DNA from: an uncultured Chloroflexia bacterium | GTDB lineage: Bacteria > Chloroflexota > Ktedonobacteria > Ktedonobacterales > JADMIN01 | DNA length: 64,000 nucleotides | Direction of reading: 5' to 3' | NCBI GenBank assembly: GCA_963785845.1 | Contig: CAWAWP010000003.1 | Span: 479,521-543,520, forward strand | Shown here: in pieces, positions 1 to 9,573 of the stretch | How positions within the stretch are numbered: the first letter of the stretch is position 1 | How the letters are laid out: the number at the start of each line of letters is the position of its first letter | The notes under the pieces: generated by a model | What the model saw: the letters and a program-made list of their open reading frames with translations, nothing else | What the model was told of the DNA's origin: nothing | Database searches by the model: none | Translations under genes and position numbers: made by a program

Positions 1-186
1 CGCTTCGACGCCGGGGAGCGCGGCGAGACCGCTGAGATCGATCGGGGTGAGCTGGCCTTTGTCGGACGCGACGGGCTGGCCGCGACGCCCTCTGCTGCCA
101 AGCAGGTAGGCGACCACCAGCAGCAGCGCGAGGAGCAGCAGGCCCCCGACGGCGGCGAGCGCGAGGATGATCTGCTGGTCGGTCAT
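1..186 (-). CDS. N-terminal part of a membrane-anchored protein (runs off the window)
   Basis: ATG at 186 preceded by GGAGG; MTDQQIILALAAVGGLLLLALLLVVAYLLGSRGRR (TM helix followed by basic residues). Confidence 0.7.
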   Translation of the reverse strand, partial: MTDQQIILALAAVGGLLLLALLLVVAYLLGSRGRRGQPVASDKGQLTPIDLSGLAALPGVEA

Positions 187-273
187 GGCGGCGTCCTCCC
201 CCGCGACTGGTGGCGTCTGGCGTACCCGTCGCACTCTACGGGCTGGTCGCTTGGGTGTCAACCGCACGGACGG

Positions 274-547
274 AATTTCCGTTTTCTTCCGCTTTTTTGT
301 CGAGAGTGAGGAGTGGAGGGTGCATTCAAGGGGGAAACGCGTCGTCGAGGCGGAAAGCGGAAGGTGGGCTTTTTCCGCTTCGTCGCGCGGGGAATGGGTG
401 ACTGTGGGGCGGAGGCGAGCGTGGTGAGGGGATGCGCCGGGGTGGAAGTGGGAAGACGTAGGTGAAATGGGTATCAGTGGGGGCAGGAGGTGTTGTGAAC
501 AGATGTTCTGTAGCGAGTATACCATGTGGCGTTGGCAGGCGCAAGGG
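274..547 (-). ncRNA. Candidate SOS-regulated dispersed structured element, copy A
   Basis: TTGCGC-N17-TATACT promoter (TGGTATACT 524-516), GAACATCTGTTC box 508-497, CTTCCGCTTTCCGC 363-350, core motif 303-274 shared with 23398 and 53431. Confidence 0.45.
497..508. promoter_or_regulatory. LexA (SOS) box
   Basis: GAACAGATGTTC, a perfect GAAC-N4-GTTC. Confidence 0.75.
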
Positions 548-573
548 TGGCGCGGTGTTGCGGGGCGCGGGCA

Positions 574-772
574 TCAGCCGCGGGGCGGGTCGTCGGGGAG
601 ATCGTGTGGGATTGGCGTGGTTTCCGCCGCTGCGAGGTGGTCCTTTGACGACGGCGAGGCCGATCAGCAGGATCATCAGCGCGAGCGGGGCGACGACGGA
701 GACGACGGTGAGCCACGCCAGCGACGGTGGACTCGCGGCGTTCGCCAGGTGCGCCAGGGTTAACTCGCCCAC
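574..772 (-). CDS. Small single-TM membrane protein (likely 1-nt frameshift near 645)
   Basis: GTG start with GGAG RBS and a TTGACA-N17-TACCCT promoter. After the TM helix, removing one A gives a plausible end KDHLAAAETTPIPHDLPDDPPRG*. Confidence 0.45.
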
Positions 773-887
773 GTATCCACTCCGTCGCTTCGCATGCAGC
801 CATCCTTGGGAGGGTAGTGCGCGGGGAGGGCGCTGTCAATGCCGCGGGGGCAGATCATTCCGAACGATCTCGGCGAGATGTAACAAG

Positions 888-969
888 TCGCCTTCAGGTC
901 GGCCTCCAGCCGGTCGGAGAAGGCGGCGTCCTTGGAGCTATAGCTGAGAAACACGCGCGGCGCCGCCAT
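888..969 (-). pseudogene. Truncated TIR-domain gene (N-terminal fragment)
   Basis: MAAPRVFLSYSSKDAAFSDRLEADLKA matches TIR betaA-alphaA and has a good RBS; similarity stops abruptly. Confidence 0.7.
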
Positions 970-1074
970 GACGCATCCCTCCGTTCACGTGGATCGAAAA
1001 TTAGTGACCGAGCAAGACTCGCGACATAATTTTCCCGGTGTGCAAGAGGCTCCCATCGTCGAGTATTCGCCATT

Positions 1075-2184
1075 TGTACTACGAAGCTTCGTCCGTTACG
1101 ACCGTGCGGTAATCCTCGTTGAAAGGAGGAGACGCACGGGAGGAGGAAGCAGCCGTGAGCATGAACCCGCAAGAGCGCATCGCGCGCCACCGGCTGAGCG
1201 TGCTGGAGCTCGCCGAGGCGCTGCAGAACGTCAGCGCCGCCTGCCGACAACGCGGCATGACGCGGACGCAGTTCTACGACTACAAGCGACGTTTCGAGGT
1301 GCAAGGGCTGGAGGGGCTCAAGGATCTGCCGCCGATCCACAAGAGCCACCCGCAGACCACGCCGGACGCGGTGGTCGAGCGCATCCTGGCGTTGAGTTTG
1401 GCCCATCCCGCTTGGGGCTGTTGTCGGCTTGAGGCCCACCTCAAGCTGGACGGCGTCAGCGTGAGTAGTCCCACGATCCAATCCATCCTGATCAAGCACG
1501 CGATGGGCACGCGGTTCCAGCGCCTGCTCAAGCTCGAGGACCACGCCGCGCAGGAGGGCTTCGAGCTGACGCCGGAGCAGGTCCGCGCCGTCGAGAACGC
1601 TAACCCCGCCTTCCGCGAGCGCCACATCGAGTCGACGCGTCCCGGCGAGTTGCTCGCCGCCGACACCTTCTTCGTCGGCGCCTTCAAGGGGGTGGGCAAG
1701 GTCTACCTGCACACGGTCGTCGACACCTATGGCAGCTATGCCTTCGGCTTCCTGCACATCTCCAAGGTGCCCGAGGCCGCCGTCTCGACGCTGCACAACG
1801 ATGCGTTGCCGTTCTATGCCGAGCGCGCCATCCCTGTCTCCGCGCTCCTCACCGACAACGGTCGCGAGTTCTGCGGCACGCCAGCCCATCCCTACGAGGT
1901 CTATCTGGCCCTCAACGGCATCGAGCACCGACGGACCAAGGTCCGCAGCCCCAAGACCAACGGCTTCGTTGAGCGCTTCCAGCGCACCGCCAAGGAAGAG
2001 TTCTTCGAGATCGCCCTGCGGGAGACCTTCTACGAGTCGGTCGAGGCGTTACAGACCGACTTCGACGCCTGGCTGGCCCACTACAACACCGAGCGTCCGC
2101 ACCTCGGCTACCGCAACCGCGGCAAGCGCCCGATCGACACCGTGAATGCCTACTCGCCTGTCAGGGACGAAGCCTCGTAGTACA
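1075..2184 (+). mobile_element. IS481-family insertion sequence, 1110 bp
   Basis: Terminal IRs TGTACTACGAAGCTTCGTCC / GGACGAAGCCTCGTAGTACA (19/20 match, TGT..ACA ends); 7-bp direct repeat CGCCATT at 1068-1074 and 2185-2191. Confidence 0.95.
1161..2180 (+). CDS. IS481-family DDE transposase
   Basis: N-terminal HTH (NVSAACRQRGMTRTQFY), ADTFFVG, TDNGREF, TNGFVERF, YNTERPH; stop codon lies inside the right IR. Confidence 0.95.
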   Translation: MNPQERIARHRLSVLELAEALQNVSAACRQRGMTRTQFYDYKRRFEVQGLEGLKDLPPIHKSHPQTTPDAVVERILALSLAHPAWGCCRLEAHLKLDGVSVSSPTIQSILIKHAMGTRFQRLLKLEDHAAQEGFELTPEQVRAVENANPAFRERHIESTRPGELLAADTFFVGAFKGVGKVYLHTVVDTYGSYAFGFLHISKVPEAAVSTLHNDALPFYAERAIPVSALLTDNGREFCGTPAHPYEVYLALNGIEHRRTKVRSPKTNGFVERFQRTAKEEFFEIALRETFYESVEALQTDFDAWLAHYNTERPHLGYRNRGKRPIDTVNAYSPVRDEAS

Positions 2185-2420
2185 CGCCATTTCGCGAACG
2201 GCTTGCAGGCCGGTCGGCACAAATAGTATCAATCCGACTCCTGTTTAAACGGTCCCAAACAATTCCCTCCCTCTTCGCGCTACGCAATCAGTTACCGCAG
2301 CAGGCATCATGAAGAGAGTGCTTCCAGTCATCTATCTCAGTCACCATTCCGACAATGGCTAACCCACCTGGATGAACTCGTCCCATTTAGTTGTGCAGCG
2401 CGTCGACCGGCGATCTTGCT

Positions 2421-3647
2421 TCACGCGCCACTCGGACCCGGAACCTGTAGTGTTTGTTCATGCAGCGCACCGATGACGCTCTCAAACGTCGAGAGGGCAT
2501 CGGTAGATACTTCGTAACTGGCGAATATTGGGGATTTCCCTGGCATATCTTCCTCGTTGTAAATCTGTAAGGTTGGTGACACGTGGATGACTCGGTGGCG
2601 GTAACGGATGTACCTCTGCATATCGCTGAGAGCAACAGTGGAGACCACCATCGCGCCAAAACGGATGCCATAACAAGCGGCATACGCCTTCTTGGATATT
2701 TCATAGTTTTGAAAGTTGACGTTGTTGTCCTCGATCAATTGGCGGATTGGAGACACTCCCGTCCGCTCCGCGCTCTGCGCGGTTTGCGTTGCGATGTCCT
2801 GCGCGTGCTTAGACTTGCCTAGGATCTTTTGCACAAGTCTGTCAAAGTCGGCCAGTCGCCCTTCTTCGACCATCTCTACGAATCTGTCTTCGCAATACGT
2901 TTCGTAGCCCGTCACAAGCATCGAAAGTGCCTGATTGGCAAGTGTTACGTGAAGCAGGTGATCCACAACACCGGCCTTCAAGTGTTCCAGCAGTAACCTT
3001 ACGGCCTTAGTCACCTGCCTCCAAGTGTCTATGGCCGCAGACTTCAGCACAAGCTTGCCTTCTGCGTTGATGACGCGCACATTGGTGACTATGATGCTCG
3101 ACCCGACGGCCATCTCTCCAATATTGCCATCGTCACTGACAAGCAGCTTCCTCTGTGTACTCAATGCACCTTCCGCCAGCACGTATCCCGACTCCGCTGG
3201 GTGCCCGACTGCAAGGCTGATCCCAGCATGCGACCAGGAAAGCGCGAAATACAGCTCGCTCACCGGCTTCATGCCGGTTAGTATTGCTGTAGCTTCTCTC
3301 GTTCCCTCACCAGGGGCAGCGTGGGTGAAACGCACCATCTCTCCGTATTTTTCAAGGACGCAAAGAGTCCTTCCAGCTACCAGTCGTAGCAGCAACCGCT
3401 CGTCACCGAGAGGAAAGATTCCGCGACCGGGCACTGTTACGCCGAGTGCGCCTTTGGGCCGGAAGAGGTCAACACACATTTCAGCGACAACGTGTTTGGG
3501 AAGGTCAGGTGTGTAGTTCGCAGGGCTGTCTGCTCGCACGCGAACTGAGTAGCCTGGCTGATTTTCTGCCACGCTTCTCTCACTCCTGACACGTGCAATT
3601 GCCCTGCGGTTGAGCCTTTGAATGATGCAGGCCAAGCAGGTGGGCAA
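2421..3647 (-). CDS. Hypothetical protein with C-terminal HEPN-like domain (start uncertain)
   Basis: 408-aa ORF in visibly lower-GC DNA; GYETYCED, NFQN and RHRVIH (Rx4H) motifs; beta-rich N-terminus. Confidence 0.6.
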   Translation of the reverse strand: MPTCLACIIQRLNRRAIARVRSERSVAENQPGYSVRVRADSPANYTPDLPKHVVAEMCVDLFRPKGALGVTVPGRGIFPLGDERLLLRLVAGRTLCVLEKYGEMVRFTHAAPGEGTREATAILTGMKPVSELYFALSWSHAGISLAVGHPAESGYVLAEGALSTQRKLLVSDDGNIGEMAVGSSIIVTNVRVINAEGKLVLKSAAIDTWRQVTKAVRLLLEHLKAGVVDHLLHVTLANQALSMLVTGYETYCEDRFVEMVEEGRLADFDRLVQKILGKSKHAQDIATQTAQSAERTGVSPIRQLIEDNNVNFQNYEISKKAYAACYGIRFGAMVVSTVALSDMQRYIRYRHRVIHVSPTLQIYNEEDMPGKSPIFASYEVSTDALSTFESVIGALHEQTLQVPGPSGA

Positions 3648-3651
3648 AGTG

Positions 3652-3695
3652 CAGGCAACACCGGACTACTCATCAGGCAACGCTGGACTACTCAT
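3652..3695. repeat. Tandem 22-bp direct repeat (2 copies)
   Basis: CAGGCAACACCGGACTACTCAT / CAGGCAACGCTGGACTACTCAT, 20/22 identical. Confidence 0.85.
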
Positions 3696-4206
3696 ATAGA
3701 ATGAATGTACCACAGCCACCCTGCAGCCGTAACCGCTAAGACTGAATGCTAGCTACTCCCGATTGAAATTGTCACCATCACCAGGAGGATATGCATCAAA
3801 TGCACGATTGGGATGCACAGCTACAAGGCGGCATCGACTATGAGGAGAGCATCAAGTTACTTGTGCCCTAGCTACGGCAAGTAGTCCTACAAAATGCCGT
3901 GAAGTCGATTCTGTTCCGGTTGCCGCGCGCTTTCCCGTTGAGCCCAACCCATGCGCTCTGCGTCGCTGCCGGAGTACGGGAGTGGGTCGTTCCTGCGTTC
4001 CTCGGCTAGTGGTGCTAAGGGGCGCTTGGAGGACTCCACGATGGGCTTGGGGCGCGTCAATGCGGCATGACGTGACAGAACGCTGGTGGCGAGGAACGCG
4101 GCGGCGAGGAGGATGAGGCACAGGCGTTACGCGCTGTGGACGGCAGCATGCTACACTGGGCGGGACCGGCGCAGATCGCTCGCTCGCGCGCCGGAGGGAG
4201 GCGCGC

Positions 4207-4827
4207 ATGTGGAACTGGAATAACGGCGGCATGGGCGGGAATGACCCGATGTCGATGGTCTCGAACCTCGATACGATCATCAAGACGGGGAGCGATCTCG
4301 TCCAATTGATCCAGGGCGTGAAGGGGTTGCTCGGCAAGTCGGGGGCGAACCCACAGGCGTTCTCGCCGCAGCCACAGCAGACGATGCAGGCGCCGCAGAT
4401 GCAGGCGTTCCGCCCGCAGATGCAGGACCCGTATCGCGGCGGGGCGCAGTGGCTGCCGCAGATCCAGCAACTCGCGGCGCAGAATGGCAACGCCTGGGTG
4501 CCGCAGCAGACGCAGGGCATCGGCGATGTCGATCTCACCGGCGTGTGGTGCCCGCCAGGGAACCCGATGGACCAGACGTACATCCGCCAGTTCGGGCCGT
4601 ACCTCAACCTCGTCGCCGGGATCATGGGGATGCCCACGGTCGTCGCCGAGGGCCTCTACGATCCCGTGCACCGCAGCGTCTACATCGTGGGGCGCTACTT
4701 CAATGGCGCGCCGGTTGAGGTGCGCTCGCAGTTGCTGCCGAACTGGATGCTCCAGGGCGTGATGACGATCCCTGGCCCGACGGGCTATCCGATGCAAATG
4801 CCGCATCTCGCCGTCAAGGTCGCCTGA
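4207..4827 (+). CDS. Hypothetical protein (Q/M/P-rich linker plus C-terminal beta domain)
   Basis: GGAGG RBS, GC-rich third codon positions, 206 aa. Confidence 0.8.
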   Translation: MWNWNNGGMGGNDPMSMVSNLDTIIKTGSDLVQLIQGVKGLLGKSGANPQAFSPQPQQTMQAPQMQAFRPQMQDPYRGGAQWLPQIQQLAAQNGNAWVPQQTQGIGDVDLTGVWCPPGNPMDQTYIRQFGPYLNLVAGIMGMPTVVAEGLYDPVHRSVYIVGRYFNGAPVEVRSQLLPNWMLQGVMTIPGPTGYPMQMPHLAVKVA

Positions 4828-4865
4828 GACGACTCGACGGCGAGGGGAAGTCCGCGGCGCGTGTC

Positions 4866-5561
4866 TTACGCCGACGGCGCCGTGCCGTCTGGCGTCGCGT
4901 TCGGGTCCTCGACGGGTTGCTCCGGCGGCCCGAACATCGTGCGCAGGCGGTCGCCGAGCGTCGGCTTCTCCGCACGCGTCACCTCAAACGGGCGCTCGTC
5001 GGTCGCGGTGGCGTTCGCCGGGGCGCGGGTGGCATCGCGCTGCGCGCCGGGGGCGGCATCCGTTTGCCGCGCGTCTGGTGACGCTGTTGTTGGGGCAACG
5101 CCGTTCGCCAGCATACCCTGATCCACGCCACCATGCTGAATCGCGGCTACCGCGGCGGCCTCGGCGCGATCGGCCTTTGCCGCCAGGTCGTCGCGCTCGC
5201 GCTGCGCCTGATCCTGCGCCTGCGCCGCCGCATCGCGCTCGCGTTCAAGCGTTGCGACGCGCGACTGCAAGGTGGTGTTTGCACTGCTTTGTTCGGCGAG
5301 CTGCCGTTCGAGCAGCGCGCTGCGCTCGCGGGCGAGGCTGCGCTGCTTGCCGGCGGTGCTCAACGCCGGGGTCAGCGCCAGCACCGTCAGGAGGATGCCG
5401 AGCGCCGCGGCAACGACGACGGGGATCCACTCGGCGACGGTGAAGGTGGCGCCGAACATCACATAGGTCGCGTTCGCCTGATTGCCAACGGCGAAGACGA
5501 CAAGCGCGACGACGAAGAGCGCCAGGAGTAGCGCGGCAAGGAGTGCAACGAATGCACGCAT
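4866..5561 (-). CDS. LapA/DUF1049-like membrane protein with coiled coil
   Basis: Two TM helices with FAVGN motif, then a coiled coil; AAGGAGG RBS. Confidence 0.75.
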   Translation of the reverse strand: MRAFVALLAALLLALFVVALVVFAVGNQANATYVMFGATFTVAEWIPVVVAAALGILLTVLALTPALSTAGKQRSLARERSALLERQLAEQSSANTTLQSRVATLERERDAAAQAQDQAQRERDDLAAKADRAEAAAVAAIQHGGVDQGMLANGVAPTTASPDARQTDAAPGAQRDATRAPANATATDERPFEVTRAEKPTLGDRLRTMFGPPEQPVEDPNATPDGTAPSA

Positions 5562-5718
5562 GATGGGCCTCCTTCCCCGCGACGGACTATCCGCGCGGGC
5601 AGTTCTATGGCACAATCGCTGAGGATGCAGGATGTATGCCGCGCGTGACGAACGCTGGCGTATCGTGGCGCGGGGTGGCGTGGGCAAGCGGGCGTTTGGG
5701 TGGTGAGGGGACGGCTCG

Positions 5719-7203
5719 ATGACGCGGCCAGAGCAGCGGGGGACGGGGCGCGGCGGGCGCGGACAGACAGCCGCAGTGGCGCGTCGTCGCGGCCAGAGCA
5801 CTCTGGTGGACCCTGACGTGGCGCCGTCGGCCAAGGGCGCAAACAGCGTACGTACGCTGCCGGCGTGGAGGATACCGACGCGCGCGGAACTGCGCGAGCG
5901 CCTGCGCGCGTGGGACACGCCGTGGAGTCGCCTGGCACTCCACGCGGCGGGCATGTGGCTCGCCACGCGGCTCGCGTACATCGCGCTGACCTTCTTCGCC
6001 GTGGCCCTCAGCGCGCCGGTGAAGACGTCCTACACCGTGGGCATCCTGCTGCAACACTGGGAACGGCTCGACACCAACTGGTACGTCAACATTTCGCGCT
6101 ACGGCTATTGGGCACCCAGCGCCGCGACCTTCGCCCGCGACGGCGGCCAGATGCCTACCGCGTTCTTCCCGCTCTATCCGATGCTGATCCGGGTGATGAG
6201 CGGCGTGCTGGGGGATACGCAACGCACCTTCTCGGCGCTGCTCGTCGCCAACCTCGGCACACTGCTCGCCTTCGTCGGCATGGCGTTCTTTGCCGCTAAC
6301 GAGGATGGGATCGCCTCCGGCACACGCGCGCTACGCCTGGCGGCGGCCTATCCACTGGCGTTCTTTCTTGTCGCGGGCTATACGGATGGACTTTTCTTCG
6401 GTCTCGCCGTCTTCACGTTGTTCTTCGCGCGGCGTGGCCGGTGGTACCTGGCGGCGCTCTGCGCCTTCATCGCCGCGCTCACGCGCATCACCGCGCTGGC
6501 GCTGATTCTGCCGCTCGCCTGGGAGTATGGACGCCAGCAGGGCTGGTGGCGCGGCATCGCTACGCTGTCTCGGCGCATCGCCGCGTGGGGGCGCGCCGGC
6601 TTCCACGAGCGGGTAGCACCGTCGCCGAGGCTTGGGGCCGGCTTCAGCCGCCACGCGTGGCGCGTGGCGCGGTCGCTCGGCGCTGGTCTGCTGGTCGTCG
6701 GCGCCGCGCCGCTCGGCATCGGACTCTACATGCTGTACCTCGGCGAGACGTTTCACGATCCGCTGAGCTTTGCCCACGCGGCGCAGGCGGGCTGGTATCA
6801 CGTCACGCTCGCACCGTGGAGGTCGATCCCGCTGGGGGTGCGCAGCTTCTTCGCGCTGCCGCCGTGGTCGTACGCGCAGGCGCAGATCCTGCTCGATCTC
6901 GGCGCTGTCTGCGCCTTCGCGGTGCTGACGATCCTCGCCGCGCGCCGCATGCCCGTCGCTTTCACGCTCTATATGGCGGGGCTGCTCACCCTGGCGATTG
7001 CCTCGCCGACAATTTATAGCGGCAACGCCAACATCTTCTCTTCCGCTGGACGCTACCTGATCCCTTCAGCGCCGATCTTCCTGATGCTCTCGCGCTGGAG
7101 CGCCAAATGGCCGGCGCTTGAGACATTCCTCGTCGATGGCGGCTTCTTGCTGCAGGCGACGCTCGCGACGCTGTGGCTCGCCGTCGCCGCCTATATCGTC
7201 TGA
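5719..7203 (+). CDS. GT-C mannosyltransferase (PIG-V-like)
   Basis: WERLDTNWY, AFFPLYP, YTDGLF motifs; multi-TM. Confidence 0.85.
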   Translation: MTRPEQRGTGRGGRGQTAAVARRRGQSTLVDPDVAPSAKGANSVRTLPAWRIPTRAELRERLRAWDTPWSRLALHAAGMWLATRLAYIALTFFAVALSAPVKTSYTVGILLQHWERLDTNWYVNISRYGYWAPSAATFARDGGQMPTAFFPLYPMLIRVMSGVLGDTQRTFSALLVANLGTLLAFVGMAFFAANEDGIASGTRALRLAAAYPLAFFLVAGYTDGLFFGLAVFTLFFARRGRWYLAALCAFIAALTRITALALILPLAWEYGRQQGWWRGIATLSRRIAAWGRAGFHERVAPSPRLGAGFSRHAWRVARSLGAGLLVVGAAPLGIGLYMLYLGETFHDPLSFAHAAQAGWYHVTLAPWRSIPLGVRSFFALPPWSYAQAQILLDLGAVCAFAVLTILAARRMPVAFTLYMAGLLTLAIASPTIYSGNANIFSSAGRYLIPSAPIFLMLSRWSAKWPALETFLVDGGFLLQATLATLWLAVAAYIV

Positions 7204-7224
7204 GGACGCGGGAGCACGCCACCG

Positions 7225-8256
7225 TTAGAGCTGCAGCGCGGGCAACACGTAGAGCAGCGTGGCGATCAGCGCGACGCAGAGGACCACCGCGCCCAATATC
7301 TGCTTGTCGCGGTAGAGCAACACGTCCGGCTGGTCGCCGTCGCCCTTGACGTAGACCAGATACATGTAGCGAAAGACGCCAAAGACGACGAAGGGAATCG
7401 TCAGCATCAGCGAGTGGCTGGCGTTCTCCCCCTGGAAGGTGTAGAGGCTGTAGGTCAGCAGCGTACAGGTGACCACCACCACCATCAGTTGGTCGAGCAA
7501 CTGCACGGTGTATTCGCGGAGGTTGCTGCGATGGTTCGCCGCCTCCGCGCTCAACGTCGTCAGCTCGGCGCGGCGCTTGCCCAGCGCCAGGAACAAGGCC
7601 AGGAAGGTCGTGGTGAGGTAGAACCACGGCGAGATCGGCACCGGAATGGCGAAGGCGCCGGCGAGCGCCCGCAGCACGAATCCCCCGGCGATGATGAACA
7701 CATCCCAGAGCACCTGATGCTTCAGCCAGGTCGAATAGGCGAGGTTCAGCGCCACGTACCCTGCTAGCGTCAGGGCGAAGAGCAGCCCGCTACCGCCCCA
7801 CTTCTCGAAGGGGTCGTGCAGCCCTTGCAGGCCGACCGCAACCAACTCCGTGGTGATGGCAATGGAGCCCAGCGCGCAGAACACCGCCGTCACGATGGCG
7901 CCGGGCACCGAAAGCTGCCCCGACGCGATCGGGCGGAGCCGCTTGCGCGGATGCAGCATGTCTTGCTTGCGATCGGCGAGATCGTTGACGATGTAGACGA
8001 GACTCGCCGCCAGGGAAAATGCCGCGAAGGCCAGCAGCGCGCGTCCCACGCTCGGCGCGTCCGTCAACCGACGCGAAAAGACCAGCGCCAGCAGCACCAG
8101 CGCGTTCTTATTCCACTGCCTGGGGCGCATCGCCCGCAATGCGGCGGGGATCTGCCGCAGCACGCCGCGCCGAGGTGGTCGCGCCGCTGGCGCTGCCTCG
8201 GCCGGCACCGGGGGGTTTGTCGTCACCCCGGCCTGCTCTTTCGATGTCGTCGACAC
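7225..8256 (-). CDS. UbiA-family decaprenyl-phosphate phosphoribosyltransferase
   Basis: MRPRQWNKN, NDLAD..HPRKRLRPIASG, LGKRRAEL motifs. Confidence 0.88.
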   Translation of the reverse strand: MSTTSKEQAGVTTNPPVPAEAAPAARPPRRGVLRQIPAALRAMRPRQWNKNALVLLALVFSRRLTDAPSVGRALLAFAAFSLAASLVYIVNDLADRKQDMLHPRKRLRPIASGQLSVPGAIVTAVFCALGSIAITTELVAVGLQGLHDPFEKWGGSGLLFALTLAGYVALNLAYSTWLKHQVLWDVFIIAGGFVLRALAGAFAIPVPISPWFYLTTTFLALFLALGKRRAELTTLSAEAANHRSNLREYTVQLLDQLMVVVVTCTLLTYSLYTFQGENASHSLMLTIPFVVFGVFRYMYLVYVKGDGDQPDVLLYRDKQILGAVVLCVALIATLLYVLPALQL

Positions 8257-8436
8257 AGATCTTACCTTGTCCTCGTTTCCGGGCACGCTATGCGCCGGCA
8301 TCCTCAGCATGAGGGTAGCAGAAAGCGCACTGGGTGTCATCCCAGCAAGCGGTATAGCGCATCTCTCATCTCGGCGTATGGTACACGAAAGGTGGGACGT
8401 TTTTCGAGGGGCAGTGCAAGCCAGGCGCAATCGTCG

Positions 8437-9321
8437 TTAGCTCGGCCCAATGCGGCGGTACTTCGCCTCGGCCACCGAGAAGGCGCCGTAGGCCAGCAGA
8501 CCCAGCGCCACTACCCCCAGCACCAGCGGACCGAACGGCATGTGCGTCAATGCGACGAGCGCGCCACCGAGGCCCTTCGCCTGGCTTGGGTCGTGCCGCA
8601 GCGCCGCGACTATCAGGAAGACGCCGACGATGGCCAAGACCACACCGAGGGCCGCGAGGCCGAGCTGCCCCAGCCAAATGACGGCCTTCTCCACGGTCTG
8701 CGGCATCTGCCAGCGCTTCAGACTCGACGTGAATTCGGCGCGGAAAGCTACGTAGCCGAGCGCCGCGGCGACGAAGAGCACGACGATGCCGCCGAGCACC
8801 ACCAGTGGCACACCGAACGGCAGGCTGAGGAAGCGCGCCGTCCAGTCCTGCGTCTGCTGGTCGCTGCTCTTGCCGGCGCTACCGTGCGAAGCCAGGCCAA
8901 ACGCCGCCAGCGCGAGGCCCACATAGGTGAAGAAGACGGCGCCGTAGCCAATGCGCCGCAGGATGCCCTTGACGTCGTTACGCACATGCTCGACGTTCAA
9001 CACGGCGCGGACCGCGCACCAGAGCGCGTAGCCCGCCAGGCCGACGCCCATCACGATCAGCAGTAGCTTGCCGAACGGCTGCTCATAGATGGCGACAAGC
9101 GCGCCTTTGCTACCGGCGACGCTGCCGCCCGCGCCGAGCGCGACACGGCCGGCGATCAGCCCCATGATCAGGTAGACGATGCCCTTGGCCACGTAGCTAA
9201 AGCGCGCCAGCGCCACGGCCCACGGGCTTGTCGCGGTATCTTCGGCTTTTCCGCCGGCGCGTTGGGCCATTCTCCGCGCCTGGTCGGGTACGCGCGCCGC
9301 CACATCTGGTAGGTTGGTCAC
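8437..9321 (-). CDS. DUF1206 membrane protein
   Basis: Repeats of ARFSYVAKGIVY / QPFG / GL motif; AAGGAGG RBS before GTG. Confidence 0.85.
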   Translation of the reverse strand: MTNLPDVAARVPDQARRMAQRAGGKAEDTATSPWAVALARFSYVAKGIVYLIMGLIAGRVALGAGGSVAGSKGALVAIYEQPFGKLLLIVMGVGLAGYALWCAVRAVLNVEHVRNDVKGILRRIGYGAVFFTYVGLALAAFGLASHGSAGKSSDQQTQDWTARFLSLPFGVPLVVLGGIVVLFVAAALGYVAFRAEFTSSLKRWQMPQTVEKAVIWLGQLGLAALGVVLAIVGVFLIVAALRHDPSQAKGLGGALVALTHMPFGPLVLGVVALGLLAYGAFSVAEAKYRRIGPS

Positions 9322-9573
9322 GAGGGGCCTCCTTTCGCTGGTGAAGCGAACCAACGGAGACCTACGACGCAATTTTCACGCCGCCCTGGATTTCGGCTCT
9401 CGACGCGAGCCGCCGGCGGGTATGCGTACGGGCTGACCAGTATTCTGATTACACGTTGCACGCTTTCTGACAGAATGGCGTATACGTGTAGCGACGGCTC
9501 TGGCAGTGCGGAATGCGGCACGTCCGGACCGGCCGGACCAGGCATCGCTGCCGCCGACCCAAGGAGGCCCGAT

